IMG/VR virus record: IMGVR_UViG_3300010346_001238
DNA: 64,000 bases
Reading direction: 5' to 3' (one strand)
Source of the DNA: an uncultured virus (IMG/VR IMGVR_UViG_3300010346_001238)
Taxonomy: Duplodnaviria > Heunggongvirae > Uroviricota > Caudoviricetes
Every line of letters starts with the position of its first letter. Position 1 is the first letter of the stretch. The notes under the pieces are model-generated. The model was not told the origin of the DNA and did no database searches. It was given only the letters and a program-made list of their open reading frames with translations. This document shows positions 10,932 through 22,847 of this stretch, piece by piece. A program made the position numbers and the translations under genes.

Positions 10932-11186
10932 ATGAAAATACAGACTTTTAATGTAGTTGAGTTGTACGATGGAGAAATCTCTGGGTTGCACTCATTTCCT
11001 AATACAAGAGAGGGCGAATTAGAGGCGATGACTCTATTTGAAAAAATGATATGGGAAGCGGATTCTGCGTTATCATCTGTAAACAAGGATTCATTCAAAG
11101 ATTTTGTAGCTCGATGTCTTAAACGAAAGACATATAGTAGTAGCGATCAAAAATTGGTTATTTGTTTAGTGAATAGCTTACCATAG
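10932..11186 (+). CDS. hypothetical protein, tandem paralog B
   Basis: Same motifs as 10658 ORF. Confidence 0.75.
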   Translation: MKIQTFNVVELYDGEISGLHSFPNTREGELEAMTLFEKMIWEADSALSSVNKDSFKDFVARCLKRKTYSSSDQKLVICLVNSLP

Positions 11187-11297
11187 GAATTCTAATGCCC
11201 CCGCCGAAGGTCGGGGGAATTTTTTAATGAAGTAAATAATATATATTAATTAGTAGAAGACAATTTTACTAAATAATGTATAGTATTTACTTTTGGT

Positions 11298-11498
11298 ATG
11301 CGCATACGAATTTTGAAGTCAATGTTAGTTGAAGTTGAGAAGCCCAGACTGGGGGAAGTTTGGGATCGACAACTTAATCGATGGGATGAATTTCGGATTG
11401 AAGAAGTCTATCAAGAGGGAAAGACTTGTAACATTAAAACAGATGAAGGGGACATTTTTTTATCTGTCCCCCCCGATTGCTTTGAGGTTCTAGCATAA
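11298..11498 (+). CDS. hypothetical protein
   Basis: ORF with plausible composition. Confidence 0.6.
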   Translation: MRIRILKSMLVEVEKPRLGEVWDRQLNRWDEFRIEEVYQEGKTCNIKTDEGDIFLSVPPDCFEVLA

Positions 11499-11672
11499 TT
11501 CTTCCGGCCAGCACTCCAAGTAGGAGCCATCTTTATCCCATATTTGGACCATTCCATTTTCAACTTTAATGGAAGAGATGACGTAAATTCGGGAACAGTT
11601 GGCGCTAGTATCGGGGTCATTCCAAAATACTTCATCGCCAGAACGCAGTTTTTTTATTTGTCTAATAGTCAT
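11490..11672 (-). CDS. hypothetical protein
   Basis: ORF with promoter upstream. Confidence 0.6.
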   Translation of the reverse strand: MTIRQIKKLRSGDEVFWNDPDTSANCSRIYVISSIKVENGMVQIWDKDGSYLECWPEELC

Positions 11673-11869
11673 TTTAATAAATTAGTATTAATGTTTTTAT
11701 ATTGCAGTCATTGTATCGTTTTTTTTGTTCAAGTCAAGTATTTTTTTTTACAACTCCGCCTGAGTTTTCATCGTTCTCTTTTTTTCTTTAGGCTAGCCGC
11801 TATTGTTTCCAAGCTGGCTTCAAATGCAGAAAGCTAATATAAATATGTCAATAATTTCAGTAGTTATAA

Positions 11870-12574
11870 TCATTCTTTAATGTTATCTAGTTTTATATTA
11901 ATCCACACATAACAGGTACAACTAATAATTAGGAAAGGATATATTCCTATTTTCCATCCTTCATTCCATGTTTTGGTGCTAAATAGGATAAAATAACTTC
12001 CTATTAATAAAATAAAAGGAATGATAAGATAACGCATAAACGTCAAAAAATTTAATGTAGAACGGGACGTGTATAATGCGTAAATTACATCTCCGACCAT
12101 TATGCTAATGCAGCAGGCTAATATGCTTATATCCAGTACACTAAGATTCAAAAACTCATTCATAATCATTTTTTGGTTCTTCTAGGAATTTTTCAACTTT
12201 ATTTTTTAATTCGATATCCATTACATACCATATTAAACCCCAAATGATGAAGATTAATACCGCAGTAATAAAGACTTTGGCTATTCCCGGCAAGGGGGAA
12301 AGATGGAGGTAGGTTAGAATAATTCCTAGTAATACACTGATTACAGGAATTAAAAGTCTCATTTTGTTACTCATAAAAGTTTCCATTTCTTTCTTAATTC
12401 AACATTAGCATCAATCCAAGAGAAGCAACTAGAAATAAATGATACAAAAGTAAATGCGATAAAAAGTATCCATACATTTTTGGTAAGAAAATAGGTAATA
12501 GTGGCAATAACAGTAGCATTTACACTCATTATCAATCCTGTTTTAATCATTATGGAAGTAGGAAAGAGAGCCAT
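11870..12574 (-). CDS. three coupled small membrane proteins (11870-12169, 12156-12386, 12371-12574)
   Basis: Overlapping ORFs with hydrophobic segments. Confidence 0.6.
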
Positions 12575-12578
12575 TTAT

Positions 12579-12626
12579 CTTTAAGTCGCCAGAAAACCCC
12601 TACGTCTTTAGCGTAGGGGTAGTTCA
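12579..12626 (+). mobile_element. PATE-like IS200/IS605 end remnant
   Basis: Follows TTTAT; acccctacgtctttagcgtaggggt-agttca hairpin like the right end of the 41772/58221 elements. Confidence 0.65.
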
Positions 12627-12628
12627 TA

Positions 12629-15600
12629 TCAGGCTTTCAGTGACCGCCCCCGTTTATCTAGCCGAAAGAATCTGGGTTCTCCGCCAAATTCCTCTGACAA
12701 TTTGGCCATTTCTTTTCCTGAAATTTGAGTTTCTTCCTCGGAATAATTCCCCTTCATATAGTCCCCTTCCGTGCATTCGTGCACGATGGCCATAAGATTC
12801 ATGCAGGGGCCGATGGGGTCCTCGGATAGGACGTCAAAACAAATTCGGGTTTTGTAAAATTTTCGTTTTTTCATATTGCCGATTATACTCAAAAAGGGAT
12901 TAAAGTCAAGCCTTAAATGTTATATTCGGGTTCTGGGGCGGGTTTTTCCGGGGCAAGTTTTAGCTCAAATTCGGCTCTGGCTTTTCGATAGAAACCATCA
13001 CTGCTGCCAACAATGTAATATCCCGCCTCGGTGAGATAGAGGGTTCCACCCGTTTTGTCAACCCATTCAAAATCCCCTTTGGGTCGGGATTTGCCTTTGA
13101 AGCATTTTCCCCAAGCCCGTCCCCTTGAACATCCTCCGAATCGGGTTGAGAGGGTAATGGTTTGTCCAGGTTTGATATATTCTTCGTCCGGTGTATTTTC
13201 AGTTTTGAATTTTGTCATAACTCAATTTTAGTTGCATTATACCAAAAAGTATAAAAGTGTCAAGCCTTAAATTTCATCGCTGTTAATATGTTCTCTCCTG
13301 TCTCGTTTATATTCTCGATACCCTTCGAGTAAAGATAATTCATCTTTAACATCTTCATCAGTAAAGGGCAACACTGCGTCAACTGCTTCGCTTTCCAATT
13401 GCGGGAAACGCTTTTTCATGTATTCTAGCCTATCTTTTTTATTCATATATCCAACTATACCTATTATTTGGAAATTGTCAAGGAAATTTTCGGGAAAAAT
13501 TATAGGTCATGTTTCCTTTCTTTGGGACGTACATCCATTAGCACATTCCATTTATCGGTGGCATCGGATAAAAATCCCTCGTCAACCATATATTTTATAA
13601 TGTGGGGAACTCTCTTATTTATCGCATCCCGTACATTAAGAGATTGTAATTCGGACATAGAATGCTGGGTAAATAAAATAATGCTAATTGTGTGCATTTT
13701 TTCATCTATATGCATAACCCGTACATCTTGGCCTAACCATAGTCCATAAAAACTCATACGATTATTTATTTTTTGGTTCGTGAAAAACTATTCCGGATAG
13801 ACATTGCCACTCATCATAGTTTTCAGGCAAAAATCCTTCATTTATTAGGTACATCAAACCACATTGTTTAAGATTATCTGATTGTTCTTTGGTCGGACGT
13901 TTCTTCAAATGAAGTAATAGTTGTACTGTTTTTGTCTCATGATTAATTTCAGGTATTTCAATATATTTTCCAATCCAAATCATAATTTCCCTTACCAATT
14001 GAATTTTAATACTTTTCCTGATTCTAATTTTTTTCGGTGAAGTGTAGCTAAACGTAAAGATTTAAGATTTCTTTTCTTACTTTTCCGAGCATTAAGTTTG
14101 GAATATCCAGTACATTTCCAAGTTTCAATCCATTCGGAATCACATTCAAAACATAAAATTTTCACCGAATGAGTATTTCCTTTATATTCGGAAGGTCCCG
14201 CATTAAGATTTTTAGATAAACATAGGGGGCATTGTAAAGTTTCCAGTTGAATGTACCGGCGACTAGAAATAGGTCTAACTTTACTCATACGGGCATTATA
14301 CCGCTTTTAAGGGAAATGTCAATCTTAAATGAAGGCAATTTTATCGAATGGATTATTTGTCGTCTTCTCGTTCTTCCCAAAAGATATGTCCACAATTTAG
14401 GCACTCGTCTCCGTCTTTAACGTTGTCGGGAATTTCATCCCCACAATCGGGGCATTTTCCATCTGGATAAGATTCTTTGATTTTATTCATATATTTTTTT
14501 ACACCGAAATTCAAAGGTGACAGAAACAAAGGAATAAATGGAGAAAAAACACCTTGTTCCTTTACAATGTCATTTAGGATAATATACCCCGTCAACATTG
14601 TACATTTCTGTTGGCCTTAATGTATTCATATTTTACAGTTTATTATACATATTTCCGCATAAAAGTCAAGGGGAATTTTTTTAGAAATATAAATAATATA
14701 TGTTATTTTCTAATTGGAGCAAAAATAAGCTCCCCGGAAAATTGAGCGTCCGGGGAGAATCTCTGGGTTCCTTCGCTCTAAAGGTTTGCCTTTGGGCGTC
14801 CGTTTATCCATTCTTTGGCAGCCTTGAGTCCCCGGATTTAGATTCCGGGAGGCCACCAAAGTAACTCAGCTAGTCACGGCGTCTAGCCTAAAACCGACGA
14901 AATTCACGACGATTGATTTCACCCTCTGAATTGAGGAGGCCCATCGACCGGGCCATTTCCATTGCTTCGGCGTAGGAGTATTTTTGAATCTCTCCCCGCT
15001 GTCCTCTATGCGGGCTAACAATGGACATTTTGCTTTCCATGTCATTCATTGACCGCCCGGCCTTCAATCCCTTTTGAATGGTATGGTACATTGTACGAAA
15101 AGCAAAGGGGAATGAGGTACATTCTATTGTCCCTGGTCCATCTCGAAATTTCCATATTGCTTTCATACATATTTATTACAAATGTACTAGCGGAGCCTTC
15201 CGTTGTTAAAATGACATTTCTATTATCTTGCTTCTATTATATCGCACCAAAGATAAAAGTCAAGTATCAAAATTCAGTTATATCTTTTCCATCAATTTTT
15301 ATTTGAAAGGATTTTATGTTAGTTGAATATATCCTATCAAATTGTGACAGTTCAATTAAATCCTTAATTCGGGCTCCCAAAAGAAAACATGGAGCCTGTT
15401 GATTTCCTTTACTATTATCTAAAGTAATTGATACTGTAAGTTCTTTAGTTTTCATTGCATTGAAATCGGTTTGCTGTCATCATTTTCAGTTATTTCATGA
15501 CAATACGCCTTGACAACTGCTCGTGTTTCCCCTGTAAGCAACCCATTATTAATAGCGTGATGAATCACATTTTCCAATCGCCGAATCAATTCCTTTCGGG

Positions 15601-16475
15601 GAGTACCGTTTGGCGAATAGACAACTTCAAGTGTTAATTTCAATCCAATTGTTTTCATACTTCCACTTTACTGAAAAGTTGAAAAAAGTCAAGTGAATTT
15701 TTATTCAAATTTCAAAGTTTTCAAAGAGTCAGTGTACACCGAGAACCGTTGTCGTACAAGGTCTTGCTGATATTCGGGAAGGTGTTTCCATAACTCCCAA
15801 ATGAGTTGCGGCAAATCTTGCACTGGCACTTCCAAACTACATCTTCCCGTCGTTTCCTTTGACGTAATAGGCTCCATAACTAGCACTTGTGTCTTGGTGC
15901 CATCTTTATGGGCATTGTACATTTTCGACATCCGCAATCCAATGCTATTGAACACTCCGTTGCGGCCCAAAAAAGTTGTCATTTTGCTGAATCTCATGAT
16001 GCTATTATATCGTTTGAATGGTTTTTGTCAAATCCCTTCTTCATACGTTGACCCAAGTTGAACCACAAGTTATACACTCCGCCCCTTCTAGTACATGTGT
16101 ACCTTCATTGTTGGCGGAATACTCAAAAATGGGCAATAGTGTAATCATACTGGCATTATACGGTTTTAATGGTCCAAGTCAACTCTTTTTTTATGTTATT
16201 TAGTTATAGAGTTTTCTTAATTCAAATACCGTTTGAGTCCGTTCATAAATTGACATTGCATTAATCAAATTTACAATTATTTTTGGCAAATCTGAAAGAG
16301 GTAATACAATAGAACAATTCCCCTCTCCCCAATGTTCCCCCAACAAAGTTAATTGTAAGCATTTGGAACCCTCATTAGTAAGCATGACTTCGGAAATGCC
16401 CACTTCCGTGGCCTTAAATCCTTTTCCATTGCTAAATCCTGTTATTGGATTGTTAAGTTTGAAAATCTTATTCAT
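12629..16475 (-). CDS. run of small hypothetical genes (12629-12874, 12913-13218, 13500-13757, 13762-13998, 13992-14288, 14353-14490, 14888-15166, 15267-15455, 15452-15658, 15701-15997, 16200-16475)
   Basis: Co-oriented ORFs mostly behind TTGAC promoters; 13992 and 14353 have CxxC pairs; 15701/16200 share G.CS..P..DLP.I; 13500/13762 share Y...EGFL. Confidence 0.65.
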
Positions 16476-17000
16476 ACCGCCATTATACTGATTTAATAAA
16501 AAAGTCAAGTGCATTTTTTATTATTAGTTCACCGAATGAAAATAATATAAATATAGGTAAATAACATATATTATTTACTTATTTGATCCCAAAGATCTGA
16601 GGTAAATAATATATATTATTTTCTCGGTCTTTAGAAAAGGGGTATTAACTTTTTGTAAAAGAGAAGACATTTACGATGAAAAAGACCGATTGGTATGGGT
16701 AAAAATTACTGATGCCAACCCCCCGAAACTGGAGTAATTACAGAAGAACTAGGATTTTAAGATTGACATTTTGAAAAAAATCAGTAGGATGGAGGTAATA
16801 TAAGTACTAAGAAAACAGAAAAAACGGAAGGAACATTTGAAGAAAAGTTTGAAACGACGAGAGTTTAATGATGATGATGATTTGTGTGAATGGATTAAGA
16901 TTGTTCCGGAAGAAAATCCTGAGATAAATCTATTCTCCCGAAAAGAACTTGAAATTTAGAGGTTGACATTTTAGAAAAAATCGATAGAATAGAGGCTAGT

Positions 17001-17246
17001 ATGAATAAAGAGACTGATAAAGTAAATTCTAATGATGCCCGATATTATTACAACATTTGGGAAGATTCATTAGAACCGTTGGGAACCATAGGACCATTTA
17101 CCTCGTGGGAAGCAATGGTGGAACGTTTGAGAAATGACATTGAAACTTACAAACGTAATGATTTTGATTTGTATGAATGGATTAAAATAGTGCCCGGCGA
17201 AAAACCGAAAATAGGCACATTTTCTAGGAAAGATTTAGGATTTTAG
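17001..17246 (+). CDS. hypothetical protein with decayed upstream copies
   Basis: DLYEWIKIVP also encoded at ~16878-16910. Confidence 0.7.
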   Translation: MNKETDKVNSNDARYYYNIWEDSLEPLGTIGPFTSWEAMVERLRNDIETYKRNDFDLYEWIKIVPGEKPKIGTFSRKDLGF

Positions 17247-17254
17247 GCTGTAAC

Positions 17255-17331
17255 GGGCCCATAGCTCAGTTGGTCAGAGCACTCGACTCATAATCGATAG
17301 GTCGCAGGTTCAAGTCCTGTTGGGCCCACCA
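17255..17331 (+). tRNA. tRNA-CAT, probably Ile2
   Basis: GGGCCCA acceptor, CTCATAA loop, TTCAAGT T-loop, CCA; Ile2-like sequence. Confidence 0.9.
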
Positions 17332-17441
17332 TTTTTAAGTTGACTTTTACTCCGAATTGGATATAATATAGCCATGAATAAAATTGATGATGAAAGATTA
17401 GAAAAATTTGATGTCCCCTATTTGAAATTTGTGGTATAATT

Positions 17442-17768
17442 ATGAAAGTAAATCTTACACCACATGTAATTAAAACGACAGATGGGAAGGAATATCCTCC
17501 GTCTGGAGCAGTTGCCCGTGTCGAATCTCGTCATGCTCTCTATAACATAGATGGAGATGGAGATGAAATTTTTCGGGTGAAATATGGAACGGTGACTAAT
17601 CTTCCGCCTCGGAAAGAAGGCACTACCTATATCGTAAGCGCAATGGTATTGTCCGCTCTAAAAGGAATGAGGGAGGATGTCGTAGCGCCTGCAACATCCC
17701 ATCCCGATGTAAAAAGAGATTCTAAGGGTCAAATTGAAACTGTACCGGGATTTGTCATTTATGATTGA
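17442..17768 (+). CDS. conserved phage hypothetical protein
   Basis: NLTPH..PPSG.VARV..LP..YIVS pattern. Confidence 0.75.
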   Translation: MKVNLTPHVIKTTDGKEYPPSGAVARVESRHALYNIDGDGDEIFRVKYGTVTNLPPRKEGTTYIVSAMVLSALKGMREDVVAPATSHPDVKRDSKGQIETVPGFVIYD

Positions 17769-17801
17769 CATTTCTCAAAAAATAGGTATAGTGGTATCAA
17801 G

Positions 17802-18340
17802 ATGACACGATATTTTGAAATTTATGTTCCCGGTAAAAACGGGTATAGTCTGTATGTTAAATCAGATAATGTTCCGTTTCCACAGGATGATTTGAGTGAG
17901 GGTTCACGGGAACTTGATTGCATTTCCGATGAGCAAACGATTATCGAGATGGCGGTGAAGGCAAAGGTATTGGACCCGAACGATGCCGACATTGTGCGAT
18001 ATGTCTGCGAGATGGATTTGAACACCGTACAGAATGAACGAGGCATTGCCTCCGATAAGTTGGAAAAGATATAATGAGATACTTTGCAATTTATTGGTCC
18101 GAAGATAAAGAGGCGGATGTAATGTACGTTAAATCTAAAAACGTACCTCATTTTTCAAAGGAAATGTATTTTTCAAAGTGGCCATATCAATTGCCTCCGG
18201 CGGAAATGGAAATTGTCAACATGGCATTAAAAGCGAGGGTAATAGATTCTAATGAAGCGAATAATGTAATTCGAGTTGACGAATTGATACCTGGATTATT
18301 TGGATTTAATCCATTAAGTTCAGAAATTAAGGAAATTTAA
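17802..18340 (+). CDS. two tandem paralogs (17802-18074, 18074-18340)
   Basis: RYF.IY..YVKS.NVP..I.MA.KA.V.D shared. Confidence 0.7.
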
Positions 18341-18586
18341 GTCGGGAAAGATGCGGTCAATTGGAGGAGCCTTAATTGGCTCCTCCGTTTATGCACCGAA
18401 ATAAGTATTTAATATATGTTATTTACTCACCCAAAATTTTTAGATGAGGTAAAATTATTTCTGCAATTTATTTCTGCAATTTATTCGGGAAGTTCCATCC
18501 AATATACCGGGTCATAAAGGTAAAGTTCTCCATTAATAATCCCTAAATAGGTAGGTTCATATTCGTCACATAAATTTTTTATAATT

Positions 18587-18970
18587 TTAATGATAAGGTG
18601 GACGTTTTCCACTTTTTAGTTTTTTGGGCAATACTTTTTTCAAAAATGTTTCGGGTTCATTGCTTACATAAATCCACTCGTTATCCCACAATTCAAATAA
18701 TCTATCTTTATCGTAATTGTAAAGTCGGTTGATTAAAATAAAAATGCGGTCTTCGGCAGTGAACATTTGATACTCCGAACCAATTGTATCAAGATTTCCT
18801 ACTCCTATCCATTTTCCATCTTTATATTTTCCTACTTGTGATTCAAAATCGCCATTTCCGAAGTTGCTAAGTTCCCCAATGGCGTATAGTTCTCCATTAA
18901 TTATACCTAGAAACTTTATATACCCAACAATATCTACTAGATTTTCTATTTCAATTACAAGCGATGCCAT
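18587..18970 (-). CDS. hypothetical protein, beta-repeat-like
   Basis: LGIINGELY, also in the downstream fragment ~18525-18555. Confidence 0.55.
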   Translation of the reverse strand: MASLVIEIENLVDIVGYIKFLGIINGELYAIGELSNFGNGDFESQVGKYKDGKWIGVGNLDTIGSEYQMFTAEDRIFILINRLYNYDKDRLFELWDNEWIYVSNEPETFLKKVLPKKLKSGKRPPYH

Positions 18971-19492
18971 AAATTAACCTTTTGAATTAATGTTTTTCAT
19001 AGACTTTGAAAGAATGCCTGACATAGAAGTTCTGTAATTTTGCAAATTGTCATTCAACAGATTTTCCAAAATGGATTGATAGCCATTTTCCAAGTTTGCT
19101 AATTATATTTTGATTCATCTAAAAGGGAGTATATCAGGTTTCGCCGAAAAGTCAAGTACGAAATAAAGAAAGATGCTGTTCCATGAATTGCATTATTTGT
19201 TCTGCTGAAAGAGGGTAAATTTGACCGGAATCCCTCGTTTATGCAATACCGTGGCTAGAGCAATGGTGAATGAGCCACAATCTCCATTCATAAATTCATT
19301 TTCAAAATGATTTACGGTGGTCTTGATTAAATTCAAAATCAAATTTTCATTCATTTTTTCTATTACACCGATTTCCATTAGAATGCCACATGTTTAATTT
19401 AATTTCCATTGGACACAAAGTAACAATTGGCCTTTCAATTGATATAAAAAAATAGTTGACTAAAGTGACAAAATAGGTATAATGCATCTAAA

Positions 19493-21088
19493 ATGAAAAC
19501 TAAAAATTTGCAAAAGAAATTGGATGCTCTTTATTTGGGATATTCATTCCCCAAATGGATTCGGGTTCATTTTAAGAATAGCATTGTTATGAAGTCTTCT
19601 TTTCATAAGAAGGGAAAAGAAATTCATTACAATGTTTCTGTAAATGGTAAACCCTTTGGTCATGGAACATTGTCCAATGTTAAAGAGTATTTTTCACCGT
19701 GGAAAGAACGAGCCGAAAAATTGATTGAGAAGGGAGATACTGTTACTATTGGTCCTTTGGTTCCTCTAAATTAAACTTGACTTTTATCGGGGAATAGGTA
19801 TAATAAACGCATAATGAAAATTGAACCGAGAGAAATTAAACGAGGGACCATTGCGGACGTTATACCGGGGGAAACGTACCCGAGGCAAGTGGTCATTCGG
19901 CGGAAAATGATTGAAGACATGGTGTTTATGTTTGATAAATCCATGTATTCATTTGATGTCTATACCCTTCTTACGGGGAGAATGACTCGTATATGCACAA
20001 TTAAAAATGCCAAAGTCTATTTTGAAAAGGCTATTGAAATCTGGAAGAAATTTGAAAAACTTGGAGATACCGTTGAAATTTACGATGTCACTCCCATTGA
20101 AAAAGAGTTGACATTGTAAATCCAAATGGTATAATGGATGTTGGTAAATGAAGTAATATAATTATGGATACCAAAAGAAAAACACGAATTGTAATTCCAC
20201 ATATCACCGCTGCTGCACGTAAAGAAAAGCGGCGACAGGAAGCAGAGGCTAGACAGGCTAAATACGATTCACTGACAATTAATCAGAGAATCAAATTGGT
20301 CAAAACCCGACGAGGGGAATCCAAGCGGGAATTGGCACGACTTGCCCAAAAATTGGAATGGGAAAAGGCCCAAAAGGCGGCGGCGAAATCTGCTGAGTCC
20401 GAGGCCAAATCTAAAACCACAGAAAAGCCTGCCGAGGAGACGAAGAAACCGAAGAAAGTTAAGAAAACCAAAAAGTCATGAAAAAATATCGAATCGTTAG
20501 ACAGGGAGCTAAAAAATCAAATCCCCTCCGAGGGGGGGCTAAAAAATCAAATCCCCTCCGAGGGGGGGCTAAAAAATCAAATCCCCTCCGACAGGGGGAC
20601 TTAAATGAAAAACCCCTCCGACAGGGGGGCTTAAATGAAAAAACCCTCCGATACGGGGCTACCCTCCAAGTAGAAGTGGTGTTTGAGGCTCCCGTGGGGG
20701 CGGACCCCCAAGAGATTATCAATGAAGTGGATTACAATTTTGTACCAGAACCGTGGTCTAACGTAAAAATTACTGATACTGAAATTAAGGATTTCTCCAT
20801 TCGTGACCTTACTCCAGAAAAATAAATAACCTTATGTTATCGAAATTGAACATAACTTATCGAGGAAAAAGAATTACTAACAACTGGGAGTTCCTTAAAA
20901 TCATATTGGTTAAAATTATTGAATTAGTTGTAAATTCTTTGATTGTATTAGGACTTTGGTACATTGTTATGCACCAAGCACTCGGACTTCCTACATTGGA
21001 TTTTTTCCAAGCAGTAGCTTTGTTTATTTTGAGCCGGGTCCTGTTTTTGGAAGATTATATTACGTTTTTTGTAAAGAATCATAAGTGA
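19493..21088 (+). CDS. five small genes (19493-19774, 19814-20119, 20164-20481, 20478-20825, 20834-21088)
   Basis: Promoter-led ORFs; 19493/19814/23303 share a C-terminal E(K/R)xG(D/A)TVxI. Confidence 0.65.
20501..20660. repeat. 30-bp tandem repeat, about 5 units, inside a CDS
   Basis: aaaaaatcaaatcccctccgagggggggct x3 plus 2 variants; encodes GGAKKSNPLR. Confidence 0.9.
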
Positions 21089-21749
21089 CGACGATTGTGA
21101 TTCTTTTTCCCCCCAAATCCCCCGGCAACTAGCCGCCGGGGGATTTTTTTCGCTTTCACCGAATGAAAATAACATAATTCACCGAATAAATAATGTATGT
21201 TATTTACTTCGATTAAAAAACATGGTAAATGAATAATGTATGTTATTTACTTCGATCAAAAAACATGGTAAATGAATAATATACATTATTTACATGATTA
21301 TTTATACTAAATAATACGCATTATTTACTTCGGTCTTCTTGGTAATTAATGAAAAATTTTAGTTGACATTTTAATGTAAATCGATACAATGGGAGCTATA
21401 AAGATAAATAAGAAATTTGTCATTATGACGTTGCTTGTGGCAGTATTTGTCTATCTATGGTGCAAAAGCTATAAAGTGAGAAAGTACTTTTTTTATGTAT
21501 GGGAAATCTCCGATAAAGTCCATAGTCAAGTACAACATCAGCAACCTAAAATTGCAAATGAAGATTTATCTGAATCGATAACTGTAACCGCAGAATAAAA
21601 AATAAAACAAATCATTATGAAATTGAAGAAAACTATTAAAATCGCTGTAACGTCCATTGTCACCGCCGCAATTGTCGACATGTGGCGAAACTGGCCTTGG
21701 GCCAAGGCTGTGTTCAATCGTGCTAAAGCCATTGTAAAGGATTAATGTT

Positions 21750-22616
21750 ATGAGCGATTCTGTTTGGGGAAAATTGCTAAAGATGTGCGGCATCGCAGTC
21801 GGGGGTGCCGTCGCCTGGCGATTTGTTAAATACTTCTTTTCATCCGCCGTCATTTTCTGGGTTGTTGCTATTATCCTAGTAGTTCAAATTATATGTACTA
21901 CTTATGTAAAAATTGCTACAATGGAAAATGAAAGTGCATTAGAAAGTCTAAAGGCGAAATTTATCATTGAATCTAAAACACTTGAACTGACTAAAAAGTA
22001 TGAGAGTGAACAGGCGAAACGAAACTTAGAAATGCAACGTATTAAGACGGAGCAGGAATTAGAAATGCGCCGTCTTAGTAAGGAGCAGGAATTAGAAATG
22101 CGTCGTCTGGAAAGTAAACAAAAAGAATTAGACCGAAAGCACAGATTAAAGGCTTATGCAGAAATGGAAAGAAAAATCAGCGAATTTAATGCTGAGTTTT
22201 ATCAAAACATCCAAGAGGAAAAGGAATTGCCAAATGAAGACACGGTCAAACAGAAACGGAATGAAATTAGACGCAATGTTTTAGTTGCCTATGGTTTATC
22301 CGAAGACCCTTTATCCAATTTGGTAAAGACTAATACTCCCGTTGTGGAATATAAAATCGTTGTGGCCCCCTCTACGGGATGGTCAATTCCCATAGGAGGA
22401 ACGCAAATTGTGCCTACTAATTTAACTTTAGAAGACATATTCAAATGCAAAGTGTCTAAAGAGTATAAAAATGGGGGGATGGAATACAAGACTGTGGAAG
22501 AAGTCTCTTATCAACCGCCCTCGCCCCCTCCGCCTGCCCCTAAAGTGATAAAACTTAGGACTGGTAACATAGACCCGTATGCGCCAAGGGGATGGAGAGG
22601 ATTATCTAAAAATTAG
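21750..22616 (+). CDS. membrane-anchored coiled-coil protein
   Basis: Two N-terminal hydrophobic segments, EQELEMRRL repeats. Confidence 0.75.
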   Translation: MSDSVWGKLLKMCGIAVGGAVAWRFVKYFFSSAVIFWVVAIILVVQIICTTYVKIATMENESALESLKAKFIIESKTLELTKKYESEQAKRNLEMQRIKTEQELEMRRLSKEQELEMRRLESKQKELDRKHRLKAYAEMERKISEFNAEFYQNIQEEKELPNEDTVKQKRNEIRRNVLVAYGLSEDPLSNLVKTNTPVVEYKIVVAPSTGWSIPIGGTQIVPTNLTLEDIFKCKVSKEYKNGGMEYKTVEEVSYQPPSPPPPAPKVIKLRTGNIDPYAPRGWRGLSKN

Positions 22617-22847
22617 GGCTTGACAACTGTCATAATTTAGGTACAATGTAAGCTATGATTATTTCTCTTTTCATAAAATTAGGAAGGAGGGTACTGCCAT
22701 GCACTTCTAATGTAGTTCATTACTGATTTAGCTTTTGTTTCATTTTTTATTGTAGTGGAAGCCCCGGTCCGGTTTGCCGGGGCTTCCCGTTTTTTTTTTA
22801 TTTTTATTCTTGACATTTTGATATATTTCTGTATAGTGGTAGTCAAG

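Noticed and set aside
14775..14800. c-di-GMP-I riboswitch (GGCAAACC on - strand)
   Set aside because: GAAA/receptor and GCAAAG elements not found
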